Source: Planctomycetota bacterium (GTDB lineage: Bacteria > Planctomycetota > B15-G4). From it: 64,000 nucleotides of DNA. The notes beneath the pieces are model-generated. The model worked only from the letters and a program-made list of their open reading frames with translations, was not told the origin of the DNA and did no database searches. The DNA lies in NCBI GenBank assembly GCA_965248575.1, contig CBDFJQ010000002.1, positions 3,552,001 to 3,616,000 on the forward strand, in the 5' to 3' direction. The position numbers were made by a program, and so were the translations under genes. Shown here piece after piece: positions 29,638 to 39,300 of this stretch. Every line of letters starts with the position of its first letter. The stretch's first letter is position 1.

Positions 29638-30990
29638 TCAGGGCATGACGACCCAAGTTTCCTCGGGTGGATTGAGGCGGCCAAAGGCACTGGAAACGGT
29701 CGTGAGAGCCGATACCTCCCGAATCTCGAGGGTGACTTGCTTGGACATCCCCGTGGAGCCGAGCAAAACCGACTCGGTGATCGAGCTGGGGCGAGACACT
29801 CCCGGGGTCACTTCCAAGGTGCCGCCGAAGTCCCTCCGCAGATAGGGCAAGCCGTTGATCAGGCGTTCCATGCGGACGGGTGCACCGCCGTTCACGAGAT
29901 CCAGAAGCAAGGTCTGTTGGGTGGCGCCGGTGCTCCTGGAAACCTGCCGGTCCGGGCCCCCTAGATCCGCCGACTGCCAGTCGGGGCTAGCATGAACGGA
30001 GAGGGCGAAGGGGTCGTTGAGCCATGACATCAGCAGTCTGGCCCAAGACGCACAGCTGGTGAGCGCTCTCTCGAAGTCGGCGGAGTCGTTGAGCCAGGCC
30101 GTCGCTTCCTGGGCTCCCTCTGGCATGACGGTCAGGGTCGAACCGTCGTAGCCGGACTGGAGTTCAAGAATGCACGGCCTCCCGTCGGGACCTACCCCGG
30201 GCCACACGCTTCTGACTTCAAAGCGTCCATCAGAACTGAGAACGCCCTCGAGATTGATGCGCCTCGAACTCCCTGCGGAAACCCAATCGGTCTGGACGGA
30301 TGCCCTGATGCTGACAGCGTTGAGACTGCCATGGGATCCGTACACGAGCTGAAGGTCTGGGTTCAGGGGTAGGGCGACGGGAGCGCTGCTCTCCGGCCAC
30401 GGGTCATGGGGGCTGGCCGCTGCCTGCAAAGACGTTAGAGCGTCGTCGAGCGGGCCTTGCCAGTGAAGTCCGCTCTTTCCTGCGCTGATGCTCCAGGTGC
30501 CGTTGGGAACGGGGGCTTGGCTCAACGGGTCTGGGCATCGTTCTGTCTTTGCGGACCAGTCGAATGTCGATGAGGCAACGGGAGGCTCTGTGCATCCTAG
30601 GGCCGCGATGGCTTCCGGGAGGGAACTGAAGTCGAGGTCGGCAGGGATCGTGGGGCAGTTGGGGGCAGCCGAATACACATTGACGGGGACCATGAACCCC
30701 TGCGGGACGCAATCGACGTCCTCGGCTTCACCGCCACACCCGTAGACGGTGCCCATGTATTGGCTGTACCCCGACTTGCAGGTGCCCGGAGTCTCGATAG
30801 AGATCTGCTGAGCGAGAATATTGACCGTCACGGCGACGACGGGGCAGGAATGCTCCACAGGGTTGTAGGTCCCGCCCATGAATTCGACTTCTCTGTCCGT
30901 ATTGTTGCAGCCCCCAGAAACTTGTCCGAGAACTGCGTCGTTGTTGGCAAGGACGCACAAGACGATGCACACGAGCGATCGCGTCAACAT
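29638..30990 (-). CDS. Hypothetical secreted protein with Cys-rich N-half and LolA-like beta C-half
   Basis: Signal peptide; multiple Cys; atypical codon usage. Confidence 0.55.
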   Translation of the reverse strand: MLTRSLVCIVLCVLANNDAVLGQVSGGCNNTDREVEFMGGTYNPVEHSCPVVAVTVNILAQQISIETPGTCKSGYSQYMGTVYGCGGEAEDVDCVPQGFMVPVNVYSAAPNCPTIPADLDFSSLPEAIAALGCTEPPVASSTFDWSAKTERCPDPLSQAPVPNGTWSISAGKSGLHWQGPLDDALTSLQAAASPHDPWPESSAPVALPLNPDLQLVYGSHGSLNAVSIRASVQTDWVSAGSSRRINLEGVLSSDGRFEVRSVWPGVGPDGRPCILELQSGYDGSTLTVMPEGAQEATAWLNDSADFERALTSCASWARLLMSWLNDPFALSVHASPDWQSADLGGPDRQVSRSTGATQQTLLLDLVNGGAPVRMERLINGLPYLRRDFGGTLEVTPGVSRPSSITESVLLGSTGMSKQVTLEIREVSALTTVSSAFGRLNPPEETWVVMP

Positions 30991-31063
30991 GGTTTCTTCC
31001 CCCACAGGACCGACTCGCCTCCACCCATTGCAGCTTTTTGCGAGTTGAAGGAGGAGGCTATCG

Positions 31064-31077
31064 CCCCCCCCCCCCCC
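31064..31077. repeat. Homopolymer C14 (G14 on the minus strand)
   Basis: Read directly; lies ~74 bp upstream of the 30990 start. Confidence 0.85.
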
Positions 31078-31233
31078 ACGGCCGCAATGGAAACTCCTTG
31101 GAAGGCCTCTTCGTAGGTGCTTGTGCGAACGGGTCGCTGGGAGTGCGGCGCCGATTTCCCAAGCCACGACTAGAAAGATCACGTGAATGACTCGGAGACA
31201 GCATCAATCGAGGAATGTGATTCCCGAAGCTTA

Positions 31234-31986
31234 TTAAACCCGCTTGGCCATCCGCCGCAACCACAACCCGCACAGGCTGATCGCGCCGCTGTTGCCGCCC
31301 AGCTTCGGGCGGCTCATGTCGTGTGCGGTGAACGGCACCGGCACTTCCACCACCTTGAGGCCTGCGGTCTTGGCCGCCGCCAAGGCCTCTGCCTTGATGC
31401 GGTGGTCGGGGGACTTCAGGCGCCGGGCGATCTTGCGCAAGGCGTCCATGCGAAAGCCGCGGAAGCCGCTCTCGATATCTGAGATGCCGGCGCCGCTCGC
31501 GAGGCGTGCGAAGCCCTGGCTGCGTCGGGCGCTGTTGTCGTCACCGCCCTCGCTGCTGCTGCGGGCACCCACCACCACGTCGGCACCCGCCTGCAGCGCC
31601 GCGATGAGCTTGGGGATCTGCAGGATGTCGTCGGTGCGATTGGCGGCGCATTCGAGCACGAACTCGTAGTTGTTCTCGCTCTCGGCGGCCCACTTGTAGG
31701 ACTCGCGTAGGGCGAAGCCGCGGCCCTTGTAGCGGCCGGGGCGACGCAACAGGTAGATGCGCTCGTCGTCCGCGGCCCAGGTGCCAGCCCGGGACCAGGT
31801 CTTGTCCAGGGAGTCATCGTCGGACACGAGCACGTGCAGATCAATGTCGTTCAGGTCCTGGAAGCGCTCCATGACCCAGTCGATGTTGTGGCGCTCCTCC
31901 TTGGTCGGGACGATCAGCAGCGTGAGGGGATGTTGCCCGCGCTCACCCGTGGGCAGTCGCTTGGGCGGGATCGCTTCGTCACTCAC
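31234..31986 (-). CDS. GT2 polyprenol-phosphate glycosyltransferase-like protein with degenerate DxD
   Basis: IVPTKEE, SDDDSLDKT, GRGFAL, ADVVVGAR, SGFRGF, EVPVPF. Confidence 0.7.
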   Translation of the reverse strand: MSDEAIPPKRLPTGERGQHPLTLLIVPTKEERHNIDWVMERFQDLNDIDLHVLVSDDDSLDKTWSRAGTWAADDERIYLLRRPGRYKGRGFALRESYKWAAESENNYEFVLECAANRTDDILQIPKLIAALQAGADVVVGARSSSEGGDDNSARRSQGFARLASGAGISDIESGFRGFRMDALRKIARRLKSPDHRIKAEALAAAKTAGLKVVEVPVPFTAHDMSRPKLGGNSGAISLCGLWLRRMAKRV

Positions 31987-32957
31987 AGTGGGAGCTCGGT
32001 GCCCACGTTCTGCGCTTCGGCCCGCTCCAGGATCTTGGCACCCAGGGCCACATCGAGGATGCCCAGGCCGAGGTTGGCCGAGATGACGATGGGCGTGCCG
32101 TCGGGCCGTGTCGGACCATTGCCGTTGACGATGGAGCCGAGGCTGCCGCTGGGCTCCGCGATGTCCTTGAAGTAACCCATGCCCTGGTAGCGGCGGAACT
32201 GGTCCAGGTCGTCTGTCACCACGAGATCGGCTCGTGCGAAGGCCGAGGGGGCGAAGGACGCGTCGAAGTCGAGGGGTACGCAGAGCGTTCCCGTCTGCAA
32301 CCAGTCCGCTTCGATGACGGGTTTCGGGTCCTTCACGATGGGTGCGCTGGTGACGATGATGTGCGCCCCTTCGCAGGCTTCTTGCGGCTCCGGAGGGATC
32401 ACCGAGGCCACGTCGAAGGTGGTCATGATCTCGTCGGCGAACTGGGCCTGCACCTCGGGGTTCGGATCGTAGGCGAGCATGCGCTCCGTACCGGGGAAGA
32501 CCGAAAGCAGGGCTTCGATGTTGGTGCGCCCCTGCACGCCGCAGCCGATGATCGTCATGACCTCGGAGTTGGGGTCTGCCAGATGCTTGGCGGTGACGGC
32601 GGTGCAGGCCCCGGTGCGCACGCCCGTGATGACCGAGGCGTCCATGATGGCGGTGGGCTTGCCGGTCTCGGCATCGTTGAGCAGCAGCGTTCCGTGGATG
32701 TAGGGCAGGCCCTTGGCCTGGTTGCCTGGGAAGCCGGTGACCCACTTCATGCCCGAGGCACGCATGGGCGCCACGTAGGCCGGCATGGCGTGCATGAAGG
32801 AATCAGGCGCCGTGGACAGGTCGATCTTGGCCGGCATCTGGGTGTTGCCGGCGCCGTGGTGGCCGAGGGCCTCCTCGACGATCTCGACGACCTCTTTCAT
32901 GGGCGGCATGAGCACCCGGACGTCTTCGGAGGAGAGGTAGCGGACAGTCGATGCCAT
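31983..32957 (-). CDS. Ornithine cyclodeaminase/mu-crystallin family protein
   Basis: HAMPAY, KWVTGFPGN, ITGVRTGA, IGCGVQG, GLGILDVA. Confidence 0.9.
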   Translation of the reverse strand: MASTVRYLSSEDVRVLMPPMKEVVEIVEEALGHHGAGNTQMPAKIDLSTAPDSFMHAMPAYVAPMRASGMKWVTGFPGNQAKGLPYIHGTLLLNDAETGKPTAIMDASVITGVRTGACTAVTAKHLADPNSEVMTIIGCGVQGRTNIEALLSVFPGTERMLAYDPNPEVQAQFADEIMTTFDVASVIPPEPQEACEGAHIIVTSAPIVKDPKPVIEADWLQTGTLCVPLDFDASFAPSAFARADLVVTDDLDQFRRYQGMGYFKDIAEPSGSLGSIVNGNGPTRPDGTPIVISANLGLGILDVALGAKILERAEAQNVGTELPL

Positions 32958-33020
32958 GGTCTGGCTCAGCTCTGGAGGCGTGCGTGAAGAAGGGTGTCGA
33001 CGGGCGACTCGGCCACGGGG

Positions 33021-33458
33021 TCAGTATTCGGCGAGTCGCTTGCGGATCTCATTGAAGTCGTGCAGGTGGCCTTTGCCCGCCTCCTGGTCCGCGCCGGGGC
33101 AGAATGATGCCACATCCTTCTCCCAGGTGTCTTTGCTCTCCAGGAGCTCGGGCCAGAAGGGGAAGGTGCGGCACTGCTTGGGGCGCAGTTCGTAGATGGA
33201 GCAGCGGCCGCTTTCCAGGAAGATGCAGCCGTTGTCCTTGGAGCTGAAGCTCCATTGGCCTGCGACCTTCTCGCAGTAGCGGGTTTCGAACTCCCGAAGT
33301 GAGATCTCGAGACGTTCGGCGATGGCCTTGCGCTCGGCGCGCGTCGAGAACACGTACTCGAAGCCTTCGCCGTGATTCACGCAGCACTTGCCGCAGGCGG
33401 TGCATTCGAAGCGCAGACCCTCCACGTACCAGGGGGGCTGGTCGGGGTTGTCGCTCAC
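33021..33458 (-). CDS. YkgJ family CxxCxxCC cysteine-cluster protein
   Basis: LRFECTACGKCC, CIFL..GRCSIYELRPKQCRTFPFW. Confidence 0.9.
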   Translation of the reverse strand: MSDNPDQPPWYVEGLRFECTACGKCCVNHGEGFEYVFSTRAERKAIAERLEISLREFETRYCEKVAGQWSFSSKDNGCIFLESGRCSIYELRPKQCRTFPFWPELLESKDTWEKDVASFCPGADQEAGKGHLHDFNEIRKRLAEY

Positions 33459-34852
33459 TCTGGTTCGTTCCAGGAGATGCTGCGGGGGCTCGTGAACTGC
33501 CGGTAGCCGTCCGGGCTGCCCAGGAAGCCGAAGCCGCTCTGCTTGGCGCCGACCCAGGGCGGGTCTCCTGCGCCGCCCAGGCCTCGGTTCACGCCCACCT
33601 GGCCCGACTCGAGGCGCGAGGCCAGCTGGCGACCGCGTTCCAGGTCGCCGGCCCAGACCGAGGCGCCCAGCCCGAAGACCGAGTCGTTGGCGAGGCCCAC
33701 GGCTTGTTCGGCGCTGTCCACGGTGCAGATGGTCGCCACCGGCCCGAACGTCTCTTCCTTGATGAGGGCCATGTCGGCCTGGACGCCTGCGACGACGGTG
33801 GGCTGCATGAACCAGCCTGCGCCCTCGCCGGCCTCGCCACCCAGCAGGATGTCGGCGCCCTTCTCCCGGGCGTCCTGGATCTGGGCCAACACGTTGGCGC
33901 GCTGGCCCTCGCTGGCCATGGGGCCCATGAAGACGTCTTCGCGGCCGTTGCCCACCGTGAGCTGCTTGGCCTTCTCCACCACGAGTTCGGTGAAGCGCTC
34001 GGCGGCGGGTTGCTCGACGTAGATGCGCTCCACCGAGCAGCAGACCTGGCCCGTGTTGCGCATGGACTCACGCACGGCGTAGCTGGCGGCCTGTTCGAGG
34101 TCGGCGTCGGCGCAGACGATCATGGGGTCCTTGCCGCCCAGCTCGAGCACGAGTCGCTTCAGGCCCGCACCGCAGGCGGACATGATGTGTCGCCCCGCGC
34201 CGACGCTGCCGACGAAGCCCACCATGTTGATCTCGGCCGCCACGAGCGCCTTGCCCGTGGCCTCGTCACCCTGCACGAGTTGGATCACGCCCTGGGGCAA
34301 CTCGGCAGCAAAGAGCTCGTACAAGGCTTCACCGGTGAGAGGCACGATCTCCGACGGTTTGAAGACCACCGTGTTGCCGGCCAAGAGCGCGGGAACGATG
34401 ACCTCGCGTGCCATGCCCAGCGGGAAGTTCCAGGGCGTGATGGCTGCCACGACGCCGAGCGCTTCACGGGTGATGAGCGTGGCGGTGCCGTTCTCACGCG
34501 TGGTGGTCGGGGCCAAGGCCTCCGCGCAGGATTGGCCCAGGCTGCGGATGCCCTTCGCCGTGCCAGCTGCTTCCCGTCGCGCGTCGCCAAGGGGCTTGCC
34601 CATTTCCTTGGTGATCAACTCTGCGAGCCGCGTGAGGGTCTCCGGCTGTTCCATCCGATCGGCAATCTTTTCGAGCGCGGCTCGTCGTCCATCGAGGCCC
34701 AATGCCGCCCAGCTTGGCTGCGCGTTGCGCGCAGCGGCTACTGCTGTGCCCACCGCAGCGTCGTCAGCGCACGGTATGGATGCGAATTCTTCACCAGTGG
34801 CCGGATCGAAATCGGCCATGGTGCGTGCTTTGGCTGCGGTTTGCGTCGACAT
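33455..34852 (-). CDS. NAD(P)-dependent aldehyde dehydrogenase
   Basis: ITPWNFP, KPSE, LELGGKD, GQVCC, EETFGPV. Confidence 0.93.
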   Translation of the reverse strand: MSTQTAAKARTMADFDPATGEEFASIPCADDAAVGTAVAAARNAQPSWAALGLDGRRAALEKIADRMEQPETLTRLAELITKEMGKPLGDARREAAGTAKGIRSLGQSCAEALAPTTTRENGTATLITREALGVVAAITPWNFPLGMAREVIVPALLAGNTVVFKPSEIVPLTGEALYELFAAELPQGVIQLVQGDEATGKALVAAEINMVGFVGSVGAGRHIMSACGAGLKRLVLELGGKDPMIVCADADLEQAASYAVRESMRNTGQVCCSVERIYVEQPAAERFTELVVEKAKQLTVGNGREDVFMGPMASEGQRANVLAQIQDAREKGADILLGGEAGEGAGWFMQPTVVAGVQADMALIKEETFGPVATICTVDSAEQAVGLANDSVFGLGASVWAGDLERGRQLASRLESGQVGVNRGLGGAGDPPWVGAKQSGFGFLGSPDGYRQFTSPRSISWNEPE

Positions 34853-35139
34853 GGGAGGTTTCTCCGACAAAGTGCCCCGGCTTCTGGAAAGCCCGGTATT
34901 GTAATCCTTCGGTTGCCTGCGAGGGCGATCGAACGACCCTGGAGAAAGACCCGAGAATCCTTGGCAAGTTCGTCGACCCGCCTTCCTTCGGGTGGTGCAG
35001 GGCGGGCAGGCGGCTAGGGGCGATTCAACGGACTGACAACAGGAACCGTCCCGCAGGCAACCGCCTCCGCTCTGCGATATCGCCCCGCACTCGCGCGTGT
35101 CACGCGCTGAGAGGCACGTACGGGCCCTTCACGGACCAA

Positions 35140-36291
35140 TCACCGGCCGCCCTCGGGCTCAGGTTCCGTTGAGTTGTCGGTCGCTCCCGGGGTGGCTGTG
35201 ACGGGTCGGGTGAGTGGGGTCCAGCCCAAGCCGTCCGGTTGTTTGCCGGTTTCGTAACCGCGCAGCACGCCCAGGGTCTCCAGGTCCACCAAGGTGACGA
35301 CGTCCGCGTTGGCTGCGGCCACGAAGGCATGGCGACCGCTCTGGGTGATGAGCACTCCGATGGGCGTGGCGGAGCCTGCGAAGTCCTCCCCGAAGAGGCG
35401 TTGTCCGGCGCCGTCCACGATGTCGAAGTCGATGGCGATGCGGCCCAGCTCCTTGCGGCTCGCCGTGTCGAAGACCACCACCTCGGATGAGACCGCATTG
35501 CTGACCACGGCTCGTTTTCCGTCAGGGGTGAACTTCAGGCGGATGGGAAACTCGGCACACGTCAGCTGGGCGACGACTTCCAAGCTTTCCGTGTTGATGA
35601 CGGAGACCGTGTTGGCGGCGCGATTGGCCGTCCACACTTCGCTGCCATCGGGGCTGATGTCGATCCCTTCGCAGCCGGCGCCCGTGGCAACGAGCTTTTC
35701 GAACTGGCCGCTTTGGAGATCCAACACGCTCACGTCGCCACTGGCGATGTTGGCCGTGTAGGCCCGATGACCATCCGGTGAGACCACCACCATGTGGGAC
35801 GCCTGGGCCTGGGTCGGGATGGACTTGCGCACCCGGCCGCTCTGGATGTCCACGAGCAGCAGGCGGGCGCGCGTCTCAATGGTGACCGCGACCAGGTCGT
35901 TGCCGCCCACGAACTGGATGCCATGCGGTCGCTCATTGCTTTCGAGGTCGACGGTCGCTTTCACCGTGGCTGTGGTGAGATCCAGGACCGTGAGCGTGTT
36001 GCCCGCCCCGAGCTGGCCTCCGTAGTCCGCGACGACCGCGAGCTGCCCGTTGGGCGAGACGGCCACTTCGTGCGGGCCGTCTCCCGTGGGCAGCTGCAAC
36101 CAGGTGTGCCCGGTGTCTGGATGGATGAAGGAGGCTGTGGCGTCGCTCTTGTTGAGCACGAGCAGCGTACCGCCAACCACCACTGGAGCCCCCGCACTGC
36201 CCTCATCGTCCGCAAGGGCGGGGTGGACGCCGTGGACGGGGCTGAGTGTGACGGCCGCGGCGAGGGCGAGGGCCAACCAGGGTGCGAGCAT
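35140..36291 (-). CDS. Secreted YVTN/YncE-type beta-propeller protein
   Basis: Signal peptide; repeats GPHEVAVSPNG, SHMVVVSPDG, EGIDISPDG, FTPDG. Confidence 0.85.
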   Translation of the reverse strand: MLAPWLALALAAAVTLSPVHGVHPALADDEGSAGAPVVVGGTLLVLNKSDATASFIHPDTGHTWLQLPTGDGPHEVAVSPNGQLAVVADYGGQLGAGNTLTVLDLTTATVKATVDLESNERPHGIQFVGGNDLVAVTIETRARLLLVDIQSGRVRKSIPTQAQASHMVVVSPDGHRAYTANIASGDVSVLDLQSGQFEKLVATGAGCEGIDISPDGSEVWTANRAANTVSVINTESLEVVAQLTCAEFPIRLKFTPDGKRAVVSNAVSSEVVVFDTASRKELGRIAIDFDIVDGAGQRLFGEDFAGSATPIGVLITQSGRHAFVAAANADVVTLVDLETLGVLRGYETGKQPDGLGWTPLTRPVTATPGATDNSTEPEPEGGR

Positions 36292-36316
36292 CGGGTGTCT
36301 CCGGGATGTAGGCGGC

Positions 36317-39300
36317 CTAGGTGTCGGCGTCTGTGAGCAGCCCCGCGGCCTCATGGATGAGGTTCTGGGTTTCGGAACGCACATCGTTCTTGCCCACTTC
36401 GAATGCCTCCAAATACGCCTCACTCGCCTTGCGCGTGTTGCCGAGCTGTTGGTGGGCGAGCGAGGTGAGAGCCAGGATCCAGCTGCGTGGGTGTTCTTGA
36501 CCCTTCTTGTGCAGCAGGTCGGAGTTCTCAAGGGCTGAGAGGGCCGACGAGTAGTCGCCCCGACGATAGTGCGCGGCACCGAGCACACACATCAGGAAGG
36601 AGTCGCCGGGTTGCATCGTGCTGGCAGCGTTCGCCAGGCGGAAGGCGTCGTCGTAGGCGGTCTCGCCCGAGTTGCGGGAGCGCAGCGTGAGCCAGGCGGT
36701 GTGTGCCAAGCGGTCGGGTTGCGTTCCGAAGTTGCGCGCCAGGCGAATGGCTTCGTCACGCACGATGGGGTCGACCGAGTCATCGTCTCGGAGGCTGTCG
36801 ATGACCGAAGCCGGCAACACGTAGCGGTCGAGGCGATCCTGAAACAGCTGTTGGCCTCGCTCAGCTGCCAACGCACGGCCACGACGCAGCTCGAAGGTGA
36901 CTGCCGGTGAAGCGGTCTCCAAAACGCGGATCTCGGAGCCCAGGGCGGCGTAGAGCCGGCCACCGTCCGGGCTAAACTGCACAGCGCGGCAAGGTTTCCC
37001 GACCCGGAGCGTCAGCAAGGGCGACCCGCTCACGCGGTCCCAGATGCGCACGCTGCCGTCTTGGGAAGCGCTCGCGAGGCGCGTGCCGTCCGGGTGGAAA
37101 CTCAAGCTGTCGATGTGATCTTGGTGCCCGTGCAAGAGCACGGTCTCACCCGCATCGATGTCGCGCAGGCTCACCACCTGGTCATAGGAGGCGGCGAGCA
37201 CCTGACCGTCGGGCGACCAGGCCAGAGCCCCGACGGTGCCCTCCCCGTCCGCGTACTCGTGGATCGTCTCTCCCGTGCCGAGGTTCCACACCCGGACCTT
37301 TTCGTTGTAGCTGCCGCTGGCGAGCAGGCTCTCGGTGGGATGGAAGGCCAGGCTGTGCACGGCGCCGGTGTGCCCCTCGAGGGTCTGCATGAGGGCCCCG
37401 GTCTGGCTGTTCCAGAGCTTGACCGTGTCGTCTGCCGAAGCGGAGGCCACGCGCCGACCATCCGGGCTGTAGGCCAGCGCGAGAATGCGTTCGGCGTGGC
37501 CCGTCGCCTGCGCGGGCCACTCGATGAGCACGTCGTAGGCCGAGGCGTCCCAGAAGTAGATGGGGTGCGATGTGTCACGGCCCAGGCCTTCCAGACCCAC
37601 GGCGATCTGCGTGCCGTCGGGGCTGAAGGCCACGACGCCGGCCCCCCTGAGAGGCAGGTCCGTGGCGGTGAGAGAGAGCAAGGTGTCCGTCTCCCACAGG
37701 CGCACCCGCCCATCGGCGCTGGAAGAAAGGGCACGCAGGCCGTCCGGGGAGAGAGCCAGAGAGCGCACCTTGTCGGTGTGCCCCTGCAACCGGGTGTAGC
37801 CCAGGCCATAGGCCCGGTCCCAGAGCTTCACCGTGTGATCGTCCGAGCCGCTGGCCATGAGCACGCCGTCCGGGCTGAACGCTGCGCTCCGCACGGCTTT
37901 TTCGTGGCCGACGAGAGTCGAGAGCAGCTCGCCCGAGAAGGTGCTCCAGCGTCGCAAGGTGCCGTCTTCGGAGCCCGTGAGAAGTTCGCTGCCGTCCTCA
38001 CTGAAGTGCACGCTGTTCACCGACCCGGAGTGCCCGTCGTACGTCGCCAACAGGCTCCCGTCCTGCGCGTCGAACAATCGTGCCGCCCCATCTTCTGAGC
38101 CGGTGGCTATGTAGGGCGCGTTCGGAGTGGGGTAGAAGTCCACGGCCAGCACCGATTCATCGTGGCCGAAGAGCGAGCGGATCGTCTCGCCGCTGGCGGC
38201 ATCCCAGATGGCGGCCGTCTTGTCCTCGGATGCAGACACGATGCGCGAGCCGTCCATGGACACCGCGAGGGCCGTCACGCTGCGGACGTGCATCGATGGG
38301 AAGGCGCTGAACTCGGCGTTGTCCACGTTCCAGGCGCAGACTCGCTTGCCGCTGGTCCCCGCGTAGAGGCGCTTGCCGTTGGGGCTGAACATCAGCGAAG
38401 TGATGGCGCCCAGCTTGGGGGCGGTCTCCGGGTCGGGCAGAAGCTCACCCACGGAGCTGCCCTCATCGGCGTTCCACAGGGAGATCTTGCCACCGGCGCC
38501 GGCGCAGGCCAGGGTGCGGCCGTTGCCGTGGTAGGCGATGGCCGTGATGGAATCATTCCCGTGAGGCAGCTCGTGCTCCTGGGATTGGGTGGCGACATTC
38601 CAGATGCGCACGAAGCCGTCCCGGGACGCGCTGGCCAATCGGCGCCCGCCGGGTGCGAAGGCGATCGCTTCGACCGGAGCCTTGTGTCCGCTGAGGGTGG
38701 CCAGGCTCGGGTCGAGCTTCAGGGAGAGGTGTTGCCACTCCCACCCGCGCAGTACGGCTGGCGTCTTTTCCAAGATGTCGGCAACGCCCAGCACTTCATC
38801 GGAGCGCAGGCTGGCGTCGATGGCCGCGATGTTGGCCACATACTCACGGTAGAGCGCGGTCTGGGTTGCCTCGTCAGCCCGCAAGGACGCCTTCCGCGCG
38901 TCGGCCACAGCGGCCAAGAGCTGTGCGTTGGAGCCTTCGAGCTCCGTCTTGGCATCGCGGGCGGCTTTTTCGCTCTTGGTCTTGGCTTCGTTGCTCTGCT
39001 GCAGGTTCTCGTTGGCGTTGTAGAGGTTGATGAGCAGGGCTGCGAGCACCATGAGGCCGATGGCGAGCACCGTGGCAGGTACCTTGTTGCGCACGACCCA
39101 CTTGCGCGCTTCAGCGAATGCACCGGTCTCATACGTGCGGACGACGCGCCCTTCGATGAAGGCCCGCAGTTCGTCGGCCATGACCTGCATGCTCGGGTAG
39201 CGCTGGCCGATCTCCCGGGCCATGGCCTTCTCGCAGATGGCGACGAGTTCAGGCGGCACTCGCTTGTTGATCTGATGAATCGGGCGCGGCGGCCCTTCGC

